Source: Carcharhinus amblyrhynchos (Eukaryota). Taken from it: 64,000 nt of DNA. The notes beneath the pieces are model-generated. The model saw only the letters and a program-made list of their open reading frames with translations, made no database searches and was not told the origin of the DNA. Positions 25,625 to 39,200 of the stretch are shown here, piece after piece. Numbering within the stretch: position 1 is the first letter of the stretch; every line of letters begins with the position of its first letter. Location: assembly GCA_965287045.1 (NCBI GenBank), contig OZ336890.1, forward strand, positions 21,204,001 to 21,268,000, read 5' to 3'. The position numbers were made by a program, and so were the translations under genes.

Positions 25625-25712
25625 TTATGTTTGTATTACTGTGCCAGAGCCACAGGACTTTATCAAATGCTGCTTTTCCCAGAAGGAACCACAATTTGAT
25701 GTAAGATGTTGT

Positions 25713-25935
25713 GATAGAACCATTACAGTTCAGAAATAGGCCTTTTGGCCCTTCTTGTCTGTGCCAAACCATTTTTTGCCTAGTCCCACTGACCTGCACT
25801 TGGACCATATCCCTCCACACCTCTCTCATCCATGAATCCGTCCAAGTTTTTCTTAAATATTCAAAGTGACCCGCATTTACCACTTTATCCAGCAGCTCAT
25901 TCCACACTTCCACCACTCTCCATGTGACAAAGCCC
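25713..25935 (-). mobile_element. CR1/HER1-type LINE 3' fragment
   Basis: Minus-strand translation VVEVWNELLDKVVNAG (CR1 WN.LP..VV motif) followed by a CR1-type 3' tail. Confidence 0.8.
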
Positions 25936-26399
25936 CCCCCGCTAAATGATGCGATGCTTCATATTCACCAACTACAATAGGGCAGTGGTATATCCGAGTA
26001 ATGGGCTTCCGGATTGATTCCAGTAATGACGCAATGCTTATTTAATCATTTAATCTGGCAGTGAAGGTATCGCCATAAGTTTGACTGAATGAATTGTCAG
26101 CATCCCGATTGAGATTGTGGCAGATCGGATGTAAAACTTCAAACCACTTTTCTTCCCTTTTCTCCGCTTTGCCCTCTTCTAAAGATGTCTTTTCCTGCTC
26201 AGCTGCATTGTGCAATCGGGAGCCATCACCCTGCTCAATTTATAAGGCTGGACAATGGACGTTAGTGGCAATTTGAACCACAGGGGTTGTCACGGCAAGC
26301 CTGTTTTTGTTGTCAACGAGTAGTCAGGTGGCGGAGCTCAGGGTGATGTTCCTCTCTTGGTCGCAGTGAGCTGAAGCAAACGGGGGTGGGGGTGGTGGT

Positions 26400-26718
26400 G
26401 GGTAGCACGGTGGCACTGTGGTTAGCACTGCTGCCTCACAGCGCCAGGGACCCAGGTCCAATTCCCGCCTCGGGGTCACTTTCTGTGTGGAGTTTGCTCA
26501 TTCTCCCCATGTCTGCGTGGGTTTCCTCCAGGTGCTCCGCTTTCCTCCCACAGTCCAAAGATGTGCAGGTTAGGCTGATTGGCCATGCTAAATTGACCTA
26601 GTGTCGGGGGTGGGGCGGGGGGGGTTACAGGAATAGAGCCTGGGTGAGATTGTGGTCGATGCAGACTCGATGGACCAAATGGCCTCTTTCTGCACTGTAG
26701 GGATTCTATGATTCTATG
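26400..26718 (+). mobile_element. HE1-like V-SINE, tail type A
   Basis: ggtagcacggtggcactgtggttagcactgctgcc ... gcactgtagggattctatgattctatg. Confidence 0.92.
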
Positions 26719-26959
26719 AAACTCTAGCCCTCCCCACTGCCAACGTGGGGAGAATCAGCCAATCTGGCACAGACTGCCATACATCAGAGACCTTTTAGTC
26801 TATGTATCTGAGTTAAAGGTTTTTCTTAATCTAGGATTCAAGATTAGTTGGTTAACTGTAATACTGCTGGCTTCTACATGATATTTTCCAATCAACAGCT
26901 GAGGCAAATTTCCTATGTTCTTATGTTCTTATGTTCAAATAGACGACAAAGGCCCCACA

Positions 26960-27590
26960 TTTGTTCCACAGTCTGTGCCGAGGATCAGCTAAAACAGCAG
27001 CCCTTCCTTTGGGTGATCCCCTTGGGACTTGCTTCCATTCCCGCTCAATAGGTTTTTAGATGGCTGATCTGTGGACACTGTTACACCTGGGGCAGGCGAT
27101 GCTTAGAGAATTGGGTAGAAGTCGAGGGGTCGCTTGGGGGTTTGAGCTCTCTTTCTGACACCTTGACACCATCTCCGTGTATTCCTGATGTAGCGCCTCA
27201 ATGTATTTGGTTTAACCTTCGCCATTTTGATTGGTCACAGGCCAGGGATACCCATGAGTCGACAGGCATGTGAGGTTTCTTCAGGGGTGGTTTGAGGACA
27301 TCCCTAAAGTTTTCCACTGAGCTTCCAGGAGTCTCTTACCGTGATTGAGTTCCAAACGAGCCGTTGCTTTAGGAGTCAGGCATACGAACAACATGTCTCA
27401 GCCAGCGGAGCTGGTTTTGAGTGATTAGTTTCTCGGTGCTGGGTGGATTGGCTTGGGAGAGAATGCGCTGTTGGACCTCCACTGGATTTGGAGGCTTGTG
27501 CGGAAACACCACTGGGGGCAGTTCCCCAGTGCTTTGTGTTGCTTGCTGTCAGTTGTTCAAACCTACAGTGCGTAGAGGAGCATGTAAACC
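26960..27590 (-). mobile_element. RTE (BovB-like) LINE 3' fragment, decayed
   Basis: Minus-strand translation LITQNQLRWLRHVVRMPDS matches the RTE motif QLRW.GHV.RM. Confidence 0.75.
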
Positions 27591-28464
27591 ATGACCTTAC
27601 TCTCAGAATAGCAGCAGTAGGAGCACCTTGACATGAAGGGAAAGCAATCAGGATTCTTAACTCAATCGGTATCTAGAACCTCTGGCCAGAAGTACGCAAT
27701 GATACATTACAGTTGAGGATAGAATCACACCTTTTTGATTCAACAGGCTGGTAATTCACACTATGAAGATTCACGTACAAATAATTATTTCTTCAGAAAG
27801 GTATCAATGGGTGGCTAGTGTCTATGGTAACAAACTAAAGCAAGGAGATAGCATCTTTGGGAGAATTCGGGTGGGATCTGGTTAAAACATGTGAGAAAAA
27901 TAATACCACTAAATGCATAAACCCACATACCTGGTTGCCAATGATACTGCTCAGAGGTAGCCTAGGGTCTGGAACATGCTGTGATGTTTAGCTACTAACA
28001 TTGTTTCCCCCCCTTAATGCCAATGTTCTAAGCCCCCAAGCAGGAACGATCCCAAATAATTCCTGAAAGCAATCAGAATGTAATCACTTTGTGAAAACCG
28101 GTGAGCACTTGTAAAGTTCAGGTCCCAAGTCACAGAAAAGGTAAGTCCTTGCTCTCAAATATAGCTTCTCACTTTTAACAGAAGTGTGATGTTTGGAAAG
28201 TGACAATCTACTTTTTATTCCAATCTGGATAGCCAATAATTGGGCAATTGAGAGTGATTCCATGGATAGACCACAAATAGAGAGTTTGGAGTCATTATAG
28301 AGACCAAGCAACAATGGACAGCGGGAATGATTATGGGTCGGAATGTCCTGAAATGATGAGATAACTGAGATAGACAATCAATTTTACCAGTTAGCCTGCC
28401 TTACCTAACATCGTAGGTTCCTGGATTGCAGATGAAAGCACAGTGGTGAACAGAATTGAAATAG

Positions 28465-28495
28465 ATAGCTTCCCAGTCTTTTGGCTAAGATCAAG
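28465..28495 (+). pseudogene. U2 snRNA 5' fragment (nt 1-31), possibly the head of a repeat
   Basis: ATAGCTTCCCAGTCTTTTGGCTAAGATCAAG versus U2 ATCGCTTCTCGGCCTTTTGGCTAAGATCAAG, 27/31 identical. Confidence 0.8.
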
Positions 28496-28774
28496 CAGCA
28501 GATCTATCCCAAGATGGGGTGCACTGCCTTATCTTGTCAGCTTGGATCTTGTGTGTCTCTCTTGTGAAGACAATGCATTGGGTTTAATTTGAATTTGAAT
28601 GGGTTTTTGGAGCAAGTGAGGAGATGGATTAAGGGCTTGCCCTCCACTCTGTCCACTGGCTTTGTAACTTTGAGAATGCAGTTTAAACAAAAATTAAGTG
28701 ACCACCTCACTTCATGAAAGATCTCAAACCGATGCTCAGCTTTGCCTGCCATAACTTAAATACTTACATGCATA

Positions 28775-28891
28775 GGCTGGGATTTTCCACGACCGGAAAA
28801 TCCCGCCAAGGTCCACGGACCTCAGCATGGTCCACCCCTCCCGTCCGCCCGCTACAATTCCCGTGGTGAGCAGGATGGGAAAATTCTGCCC
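28775..28891 (+). mobile_element. Short MITE-like element
   Basis: ggctgggattttcc ... aaaatcccgccaaggtc ... gggaaaattctgccc, flanked by ata on both sides. Confidence 0.65.
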
Positions 28892-29369
28892 ATATATATG
28901 AACAACTGTTGAATTCTTTTAGGCATTTATTTAATTCAATGAACCTTTTAGTTAAATAAATTTGTGAATTAACACCAATAAATGCTCAAAACGGTGTAGA
29001 AAGTACACAAGAGAAAAGAACTGTTCTACCGTCGGGACATTAAGGACCTGGTTTCCTACAAGTCCTGATCAGCAAACACATTACCATGTCATTTATATGC
29101 AATCAGAGACCACATTTAAAATCAATAAATCAAGTTGCTGCCAGGCCACCAACGCTATTATTTTTCAGTCTGAAGGCAGTAGCGTGAAAACTGTCTGAAA
29201 AGACAGGAAAATTGTGATTGCCATTAACTGGAATGAAGGCGGAGCTATGATCACAACCTTCTAACTACTTTCACTGAAGGTAATGGCAGAATGGTGGGAA
29301 AGAAGACAATGTGGAGAGGCAGCATTAATGGCAAAAGTCATGTACTCCATGATGTCAAGGATCACTGCA

Positions 29370-29850
29370 TCATAACAAAGAACAGTACAGCACAGGCCCT
29401 CCAAGCCTGCGCCGATCACGTTGTCCTATCTAGACCAACCACTTAGATCCCTCTATTCCCCGTCTGTTCCAATGCCAATCAAGATAAGTCTTAAATGTGG
29501 CTAACATAACTGCCTCAACCACCTCACTTGGCACTGCATTCCAGACCCCCACAATCCTCAGTGTAAAACATTTCCCCCAAACATCTCCACTGAACCTTTC
29601 CCCCTTATCTTGAACTTGTGACCCCTTGTAATTGTCATTTCTGCCTCTGGGAAAAAGCTTCCAACTGTTCACCCTATCTAAACCTCTTATAATTTTATAA
29701 ACTTCTATCAGGGTCGCCCCTCAGCTTCCGTCTTTCCAGGGAAAACGATCCCAGTTTATTCAATCTCTCCACATAGCTAATCCCGTCCATACCAGGCAAC
29801 ATATTGGTAAACCTTTTTCTGTATTCTCTCCAAAGCCTCCACGTCCTTTG
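29370..29850 (-). mobile_element. CR1/HER1-type LINE 3' fragment
   Basis: Minus ORF ...FTLRIVGVWNAVPSEVVEA..LATFKTYLD; reversed tail aacaaagaacagtacagcacagg. Confidence 0.85.
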
Positions 29851-30629
29851 GTACAAATGCCCGAGAAAATGTGGCCAATACCAATAGAGGAATAGTGGAG
29901 GTTAATAGTGATTACAATGGTAAAGAATTTCTCCAGCTTCACTTGTATTTCTTCCTTCAGAAAAACAGATTATTTTTTCTCCCACCCACCTGATAGTCTC
30001 GGAGGGATTGTCTATTCTAGCTTTATCCAAAAACTAGATTTGAATAATACACTGTGGTCCAGTCCTTTATACTCAAGTCTCATTATCCGGTAACATTGGT
30101 GAAGATTGGAATTTTAACTCCAGCTGCACTTTTCCACTATTGTACAAAGTTTCTTTTTGGTACAATTCATCATTTTTCCTTTATTTATAGTGCCTTCCCT
30201 CAACTTCCCTTGCGCGTATAGAATTGCTCAGCTGTGGGTGGTGCAACTCGCTGTGGTCTGTGCCAGCGAGTGGGAGGGTGCAAATTAGCTCCCTATAGAA
30301 TTCCCCACAAGAACCAGTCCTGAACCCAGCCAAGCCATCGTGGAGAGGCCACTGAACAGAGCTCAGGCGCTCTTTCACAACAGGGAGCGTCGTCCTGGGA
30401 TGCTATTGTGTGCCAGTAGGTGGTCAGGTATTGAGCAACATGGAGACGCACACAAGACCAGAAATTGCCAGCTGCACAACCATAATACACAGCGACTCAA
30501 TGATGGCAATGCCACAACTGGATGACCACAGAGCATTTTGAATTGTAACTTATTGCTAACATTGAACTGGCTTATATTATTTTGTCACCTCTGAAAAGTT
30601 CAAAAGAACTTTAAAATCAAAAACGGAAG

Positions 30630-30953
30630 AATCATAGAATCCCTACAGTGCAGGAGGAGGCCATTTGGCCCATTGAGCCGGCACCAGCAACAATCCTACC
30701 CAGGCTCTATCCCTATTATACCCCCCACATTTTACCCTCCTAACTCCGATGACACTAATTCAGCAATTTGGCCAATCCATCTAACCCGCATATCTTTGGA
30801 CTGCGGCAGGAAACCGGAGCACCTGGAGGAAACCCACGCAGACGCAGGGGGATCATGCAAACTCCACACAGACAGTGACCCGAAGCTAGAACGGAACTCG
30901 GGTTCCTGAAGCTGTGAGGCCGCAGTGCTAACTAGTGTGGTACCGTGCCACCT
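30630..30953 (-). mobile_element. HE1-like V-SINE, tail type A
   Basis: aatcatagaatccctacagtgcaggaggaggccatttggccc ... gcagtgctaact...accgtgcc. Confidence 0.9.
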
Positions 30954-33900
30954 TGAGAACATAACGACATATATTTTCCAAACGTAGCAGTTAATGATGA
31001 AAACATTATCATGTAGGTATGAAATTCCTCTGTTAATGTCATGACACCCTGGACTGTTTAAATTTAGTGGTTTGATGCCTTTCTTAAAATTTCATCAGAT
31101 GTTTTAATACATTTTTTGCTCATATCACACAGCATGAATGTGTTTTGTTAGTCAAACAAATGGAAAGAATTTGTGAAACTAAGTGTTCACGGGGTTATTG
31201 CAGAGAAGATGCTCTTCTCTCCTCCACTCTTATATAAATACACATCCGCGTCTCAAGCATGACTGTCTCATGAATAAAGGTACAACTTACTTTTATGTAA
31301 TCAAAAAACCTCCAATCAAGTATGGCTAACTCCGACTTGTCTAGTTTGATTAGCTGAGCACAGTCTTGTTAATAGAGCACAGTTCATCTTAGGAATGAGT
31401 ACAGCTCTATCATTGTGTCCCAAATGATTTTGACTCTGCTGAATTAATTCCGGGATCCTGGCTCTGTCCCTGAGACAAATTGCATCTGTAGTCTCTCACA
31501 CTCTCTCCTGCCTCCACTGAACATCTGACTCAAACTCCTGGCATCAATCTCATTCCCAACACTCACATAACTCCAGCAAACTGGAGTTCTGTGCCAGTTT
31601 CCCATCCTCTGCAGCCGATATCCTGTTTTTCCTGCAATCCTCCTCACTTCTTTTTTAATCGGAACATGAACGTGCGCATGTGTGTGTCAAGTCTCTCAAA
31701 CCCACAGTGCTGGAACAAAAGGGAATGCTGACTTTTGAAGGGAAATGAATCTTTTTCGTTTTCTTCCTTTTTTTTGTAAAAAAGTAACCACGTTGTGTGC
31801 TGGCGAGGGGGAAATCAATCATCTTGAGACCCGAATTTTGATCTGGGCGCCCACCAGTTGTAACAGCTGGATTTCCAAACAGAGGGAAAGACGGCTATTT
31901 TCCAGTCAAAACCAGTGCACCACCAAAGCCCACTAGCCACATTTTAACCTATGAATAGTCAATCCCCTTTTCTTCAGCTTTCGACATGTCAGAACCGTAA
32001 CCCCAACGTCAATTCTGCTCTCTGTAAAAACATCAATAATAATCTTACAAATGAGATGGCACATGAAAGAAATAAGAGTCATTCAAGCATGTGTCTGTGG
32101 TCAGCACCTTTTAGCAAAGGGAAGAGGAAAGTAAAACTGTAACCGTTGTACATTCAGTCAAAGAAATGGGGATTAGCCTGTCTTATTTTCAGAATCTATT
32201 TATCCCACTTGATTTTTTTTTTAAACCAAGTTGGAATACACTGAAAACTCTACAGATGCAGAAGCACAGTCTGAAAAGAGTGAAGATAAGTGAATGTTTC
32301 TGGTGTAAACCCTTCATCAGAATTATAAGCTTCTGATGAACATTCACATCCAAAATAGGAAGCTCTCTCACCCCAGTGCATTGGCAGCATTTCTGTCTCC
32401 GTACAATGGAACCAAGGTTAGTGGTTTGGGAAAGAACGGTGCAAAAAAAAAATGCAGTCAGAACTGTTTAGCATGCCAACAGCTTTGGATTGGTTTTCCA
32501 ATTTATCAGAGCATTTCCTACAAACACGCTGGGATAAAATCGAATGGCAGAAAAATCCATGCGGTGTCATTTTCATATTTTAACCGTTGTGTTACATTTG
32601 AGACTGGCTCACTCTCTCCCTCGCTCCACCTCTCTGAGTGATTTTCCAACTGTGTATTTTCATATTCCTGGAGTACACACAAGGAGCTCAGTGTGGCCTC
32701 ACAGAACCAAACGCAAGCAGTAAAATATCCAGAACCTGTAATTATATAACTAGAAGCTGGAAGATTCTACTTTACGAAGACACATGGTTCCAACTGGTTG
32801 TATAAGAAAGTTGGTATATAAAAGAGAGCACAAATTTATGCGATGGTGGAGTTTACCTAAATGACTGCATCTTTCTGGTGGGAGATGGTTAAATTAATCT
32901 ATTCAAATGCACACAGCAACAATGTCAGGACATTCATTTCCTATTTTTTAAATCCTTGCATACTTTTCTTAATATTTAAAGATATGAATACACTCTGAAG
33001 AAATGTAATGATCCAATTAGTCAAGAGTATTTGATTCCCATTTAGACCTCGCACCACAGCAATGAGAAACAAAATAATAAAATGACATTAAAACTGAATC
33101 AAATCTCACACACAAAACAAAAGCTGTAATTTGTTTCTGAAACACTCGATTCACAATTGCATTTGTATACTTCAGAGATGCATTTCGAAAAGATGTGTGC
33201 AACTGACTGATGATCTTAGAATGGGTGTAATTCCACAATGTGGGTCATGAAATGCAAAACACTAAATAATCATATTGTGTTTGCTTTTTTTTCCCAAAAA
33301 GGCCAATTTAAAAGGTTCTCATTACCTGGTCTAATATTGTGCTGCAGCATTTTCATTGAAATTCGTTGGTGGGAATGCATAAACACAGTTATGAATTCAT
33401 CACGGGAAAGCACAGGCAATGAGAAAGGGACAGCATTTATTCTGTTCCTATTTGTCTTATTTGACTGTCGGCTGCATTGATGGTAGCTATCTTGGCTAAT
33501 AACTCTCTGAGTGCTGAGTGGCCCATGTTGCATTCAGAGTACACATATATACTGTCATGTAGCACCTGCAAAAAAAATGGTTGTCTGTGTGGCTGTCGTA
33601 CAGAATATTAGAAAGTGGTATAATCATGAGAGGGTCACATAAAATTCTCAGTTTACAATATCCCTTGATTGAGCTAAAAAAAATCCATCTCATCATAAAC
33701 TTCCTTTTGGTATTTTCACTCAGTACTCAGCACGGCAGAAGATTTGATAGACTAATGACAGGTGTTATCCTCACCTATCATGACTGAATCTGAATCTCCA
33801 TTGTAATTCGTTTTACTGGACTCTAATAACCTTTTAAAAGGTGCACCTCCTCGTACATTTTTGTAATTTTCTTGGATTTATAAAGTTGAACTTCTATTCA

Positions 33901-35164
33901 GGATGGCACTTCAAACTAACAACGAGTTGAGCAAACAGCTCGTGAGAAGGTTGACGTGAGTGTAAAGTGTGTGTATGATTCGAAATGCCGGGTAGCGTTG
34001 GCTCAGAATATTTGACAACCCCGAGCCTATCATATTCTCCATATAAAAACATAATGAAAATAAATAGGGAGAGTGCAAATGAGCTTTCAGCCGAGAATAG
34101 AGAGGGAGAGAAGCAGCATTCACTTGAGGAGACGATGGGAGATTTCAGAAGTGATCGGTAATATTATGTGGAATATTTTACTCTTTTTCCACTGACGTTT
34201 TATTTCAAAAAGACTAAGGGCACACAACTGCAGTTAACACATTTAAGCATTTACTGACAGATAATGGGGTTCTGAAACATTGTGGATATTATTTTCCATT
34301 CCCCCACACCTCCCCCCCCCAACCCCCCAACTAGCACACCTCCTAATATACATCCTATAAGACCAAATGCAGTCTGCTCTTGCACTGTACTGTGAAGAAT
34401 GCTGGTGCACTGAATTCTGAACACTGGTGAGAATATTCAGCAGTCAGAGGGTGAAATGAGAAATGATCTGCAGATGGCAATTAGAGGGATCCATACAGGA
34501 GATAAAGGATGTCATTTTGTGATGTTATACTTTCAACAGAAAACCCAAGGGAAAGAGACGCCGTGCCTTTGAAAATAAAAGGCCCGAGCCTATTTTTGTT
34601 TTGCATCATCACATTAACAAAAGTGGTCATTTGCAGTTTTGTTTTGATTAAAAACTAAAATTAGTTGCATTGTTGACAGAAATAATGACTTGTTATACAT
34701 TTTAAAATGTTTATATTTTCAGTTCTAATTATGTCATCTGTGAGACCTGTTCAAAGCCATAATTATCATTTGAAACCTGGACAAGCTTCACATCTGCCGT
34801 GGAACGGAGCAAGCCCAAACCCGTCTTTCTTGAAGCACTTTACCTAATTGCAGGATGGAATCAGAAAGAAGCAAAGGGAATGCAGACGCAAAATAAAATG
34901 TGCACTGTCAGTTAAAGCACGGGAATCTTCTCAAATTGTTATTTTACAGTTTTAGAAAAGGCAAGGGATAGTAAGACGGTACACTGTCTTTGTGTTGCCT
35001 TTACTTCTAGAATTGGCTAATGCTCCCTATCTTAACATCACAGCAGCACTAACTACACGACGAATCAGAAACCAAAAAACAAAGCAAGTCCATTTTGAAA
35101 ATTTGAGACTGCAGTCTTTGAAATGAAATTACAGCACAGACAGGTCCCTAGATTCACTGTGAGC

Positions 35165-35440
35165 TTAGCCAATGATACAGATCAGGAAGGCTCCAGGTCT
35201 GATCTCTGCTGAGTTAGCTATTCGCAAGCAAGTAGCAGGAGAGACACTACAACTGGTCTCAGTGCCCTGCATCAGCGAAGAGAACATCAGCCAAGGTACC
35301 TGCGTCTGGTACCTATCCAGTGATCACTGCTGTGTGCTATGCTGCCAAATCCAGTCCTATTCAGATATTCCTCACAGCTAAACAGACTTACTGTCCAGGC
35401 TAACACAGAAATAAATGAAATACCTGAGGTGACTCATACT
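35165..35440 (+). mobile_element. Old SINE-like repeat (family shared with 41820-42150)
   Basis: cagatcaggaaggctccaggtctgatc..gctgagttagct...tacaactggtc...atccagtgatc aligns loosely with the reverse complement of 41970-42140. Confidence 0.55.
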
Positions 35441-38249
35441 CATGAAATCAAGCAGTAGCAAAGGACTAAACCGTTCAGGTTTTTTTTAATTAAAGAAATG
35501 AATAGATTGCAAAAAAAGATAGTTTTGCTCTATTTCCAAAGTACTTAATAAGCTTCATCGACTAAAATCTATTAGCAACCTTTTGGGCACTGTGTAAGTG
35601 TTATAACCTATTAAAATATCTGTGACTGATATTATACAGTAACCATTGAAAATACAGCAAAGCTGAATGTCACAAAGTCTTTTGGAGAATAGCAGCATAG
35701 TATGGGATTTGTTCACATCATTTTGGGGGGAGAATTAAAATTTAGGTTTGCAAAGACAGCTCAGAAACGCCCACAATGTTGATCGGTGAATATTTGGAAA
35801 ATAAGACACTAAGCTAAGATGAGGAGATATATGCATGCGGAATAAAAAATAGGAAGTCTCCAATAAAAGCCCATAAATCATTTTTTTTTAAAAATACACA
35901 ACAGTTAGAACTGAAAAAAAACTCTCCTATAAAACATTACCAAATATAGAATTGAAACTTATCATAGTCAAATCATCAAATTTCTTATAGTCATACCATA
36001 CTCAACAGATGAGGTTGTCTCATGCAATTTACGAACAGAAATGTGGTCATTAAACTCTGCACAAAGTAATGTCTCTTTCATTTGATTTCTGCAGCTGTAT
36101 GCAATTGCTGGAGGCAGAACCTCTGTTTTCTAATGTGCAGTTTTACTTGAAAGAGTGTATTTATGATTAATAAGAGATTTTTATACTGCATTTGCCTTTA
36201 AAAATTTTCCTCTTTCAAGGGATGAAACTACACTGAAGGGCAGATTTGAGTTCAGGGAGTTTGCATCTTTCGATCACAAGTGGTTATGGAAAACTTGCCA
36301 TTGCACAATGCGATTATAGTATTGCTGAAGAATACAAAGGTATTATTCAAACTGATTGGTTTTGCCATCAATATTTTCATGGGAACTCTGAACACAAATT
36401 TTCAAACTGATTAAAAGAAATATCCCTCCCTATATAAGGAAGCGCATATCAAATATCAAGGAAGTGCAAGTAGCAATTCCCTTTAGTATTCAAACATACA
36501 ATTGTCACATATTATTCAAGAGGCAGATATTGCACATGTACCATTACATAATTTCTGATTAGGAATTAATGGACAAAATGATATCATTTCACATACACTA
36601 AAGCTCCTTATACTCTTGGAACTTCATAGGAATATTCAGAGTTAAGGCTGAGCATAACTTCAGCTTTGTGCAATATCTGGGTCAGTTAAAAACAATGTCG
36701 GATGCAATATCATGGCAGATTAGACATGTGCGTCGCATTTACTAAACTAAACATGCTGCTCTAGAAACAGCATGGTCACAGAACTATCCTGCTCACTAGC
36801 AATAAATTCCTGATGACACAAGGGCATTCATCGAAGGTCAGGTAATGACAAAAATCAGCACCACCCACTGGGTGTGTATTCATTCTGCGCTCTTTTTTGT
36901 CGGAAGTGAATCAAGCATTTTCTGTAAGCTCCGTTCATGAATCTCTTTTAAAAAAATAATCACAATGAGTGCTTTACAGAGGATAATCCTACAATCAGTA
37001 CGTTTTGAACTTAACTGTTACTTGTTCTACGCATCCAATGCTAATCTAATACAATGTATGGTTTGCAAGTAGTGATATTTTGGGTATGGACGTACATGGT
37101 TTGGGCAAAAACAGTCTTTAAATACCAAAGTTTTCTAACTCAGTATATGATACATTCCATCAAAGACTAATGCGCATTTCAATTCTGAAATAATATGAAT
37201 TTATTGTAGTTTTAACATATGTAAGTTTACAACAATGTTTAGAAGGACTTACCTTCTTCACTGATAGTGCATTGGCCTGATGGGTCCTTGCAAATACAAC
37301 ACTGCAATTAATTTGTTTCATACTCAGTAATTCTCAAACCATGTCTTCACAGTGTGCAATGTAATTAGAACCACCAATTGAGTAAGTCACTTGTACCCAT
37401 CTGTTACTGTACACAATTCAGACAGCAAACAACTAAAACTAGCATTGCTACTTAGTGTCTAAATGTTGGGCTGCCTATCTAACAATTAAAGTATATTTTT
37501 TTCTTGTTGGATTACAGTGCAATATAGCTGCCTTTCTTTAGTTCAATGGGGCGCTGAGATGGAGTGGGTGAGATAAACAAAGTCAACCGTAGATCCTTTC
37601 TGTGGTCAATGTTTAAATTAATGGACTGATTGTTAAAAGTAGCTTGTAAAGGAAGAAGTTGTGCAAACGTCCCATTAGTTCTGCTAAAGTAAAAGTATCT
37701 ACCTTTATCCCAATAAATCGATGGTTAACTAAATAACTGTTATTCCTATCGCTAATAGCAATATAAATTTGCAGAAGGAAAGCATTTGGCCCTCATATCA
37801 AACACATTAATTCAAGAGCATTCCAACCAAACCCTCAGTGGGTATTTATTCCCTTTTCAGTCCTGAAACAAATCCCGATATAGTTCCATGTCTGAACCTA
37901 CACTTGTATCAGTGTCAATGTATCTATGAATGGAAATTCATATGTTAATAGGTCACCGATTGGGTTAAATGAAGTCAGATGCAGCATAAACACCAACATA
38001 GGCCAATTGAGTTGAATCAACCATTTCTATACCGAAACTTGTATGTTATTTATATAAATAGCTTTTGGGTCTGCTACGGATGTCCAACTTCCTTTGTCCT
38101 CGTTGTTTCTATCTTTCTTTCAATCAGGTTAGTTTCACTGTTGTTTTATTATTTTTATTCCCTAATCATATCACTCAAACCTCTCTCTCTAATCGTTGAC
38201 AGAAAATTCTATCCTATCACTGTGCAGTCACTCTGGAAGTCTGGTAATA

Positions 38250-38620
38250 CAGTGGGTTAGGTATTGACCTTTCACCTTTCAGGACTCAGGCCTGAGCGTA
38301 AATCTAACTAAGACAGCTGACAGGATTAAAGTCTATTCCATTTTCGGGCTATAAGGGATCTTTGTGGAATTATCTTGCGCAGTGTCAATCCAATTTCTAA
38401 GGGGTGTGGGCGCACAGCATAAAATCGTCCCGAATACATCACCAATTGGCATTCATTCAGAAGGAGCCACAAGATGAGTGATGTAGAGAATGGAAAAAAG
38501 ACACACTGGTCGCATCGAAAATGGTCTTCTGAGCATGAGGTTCAAACTTATTGTTGGGGGCAGTTTAGCAGGAACTATTCTCAGCATTCTCTGGTGCCAT
38601 ACTTAACCTGGAAGTACTTG
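38250..38620 (+). mobile_element. LF-SINE-like ancient SINE relic
   Basis: Ordered blocks cctttcacct, tgtggaattatcttg..cagtgtcaatccaatttcta, cacagcataaaa, aattggca and gggggcagt resemble the recalled LF-SINE consensus. Confidence 0.55.
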
Positions 38621-38989
38621 ATACTGACACTGGGTGGATGAAATGGGAAGATTTATATTCCCTAGGGTTAACACCATGAGCACAAGTGTTTAGATGAATG
38701 TTAAAAACATGACACAATCACCATGACAGTTTCTCATCATCCCCCTATTTACCACTAAAATAACATTTTTAATATAAGCACATTGAAACAATTCAACAAT
38801 TGGGGAAAATATGATCACATACCTACCCATCCCACCTTCCAGTTGCTTTAATGACTTTTCACATGTGACCCATTATCCCTCACCAATAGTCCTGAACTGA
38901 GGTATGTCCTTCACCCAATATTTCATGGCACAAGACTGTTTCCTTCAGCATTGGTCCAATGGGTGCGACACAAGGCCACTGGTTGGATG

Positions 38990-39200
38990 GCCAAAACATT
39001 CACCAACCGTGGGAGAAGCATGAACCAACTACAGGGAAAACATTAACCAGTGGGACTTGGTCCCTGGAGAAGCAGGGGCAAAACATTAACCATTCGGGCT
39101 GGGTGCCTGGAGCAGAAGGGAAAGCATTTACCAGTTGGACATGGCGCCTGGAGAAGCTTGGGGAAAGCATGAACCAGTCGGACTTAGTCTGTGGAGAAGA
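38990..39200. repeat. Degenerate ~42-bp tandem repeat, 4-5 units
   Basis: gggaaaacattaaccagtgggacttggtccctggagaagca variants at ~39034, 39076, 39118 and 39160. Confidence 0.75.

Noticed and set aside
28085-28146. Plus-strand consensus donor AAG|GTAAGT at 28141
   Set aside because: No supporting acceptor or ORF; isolated motif.
32313-32340. Hairpin ttcatcagaa-N8-ttctgatgaa as a miRNA or terminator
   Set aside because: Stem too short for a pre-miRNA; it lies in a decayed repeat-like remnant.
37253-37321. Possible alternative first coding exon (MKQINCSVVFARTHQANALSVKK, AAG|GTAAGT) on the minus strand
   Set aside because: Phase 0 is incompatible with the phase-1 junction of bahcc1; no promoter features or homology.
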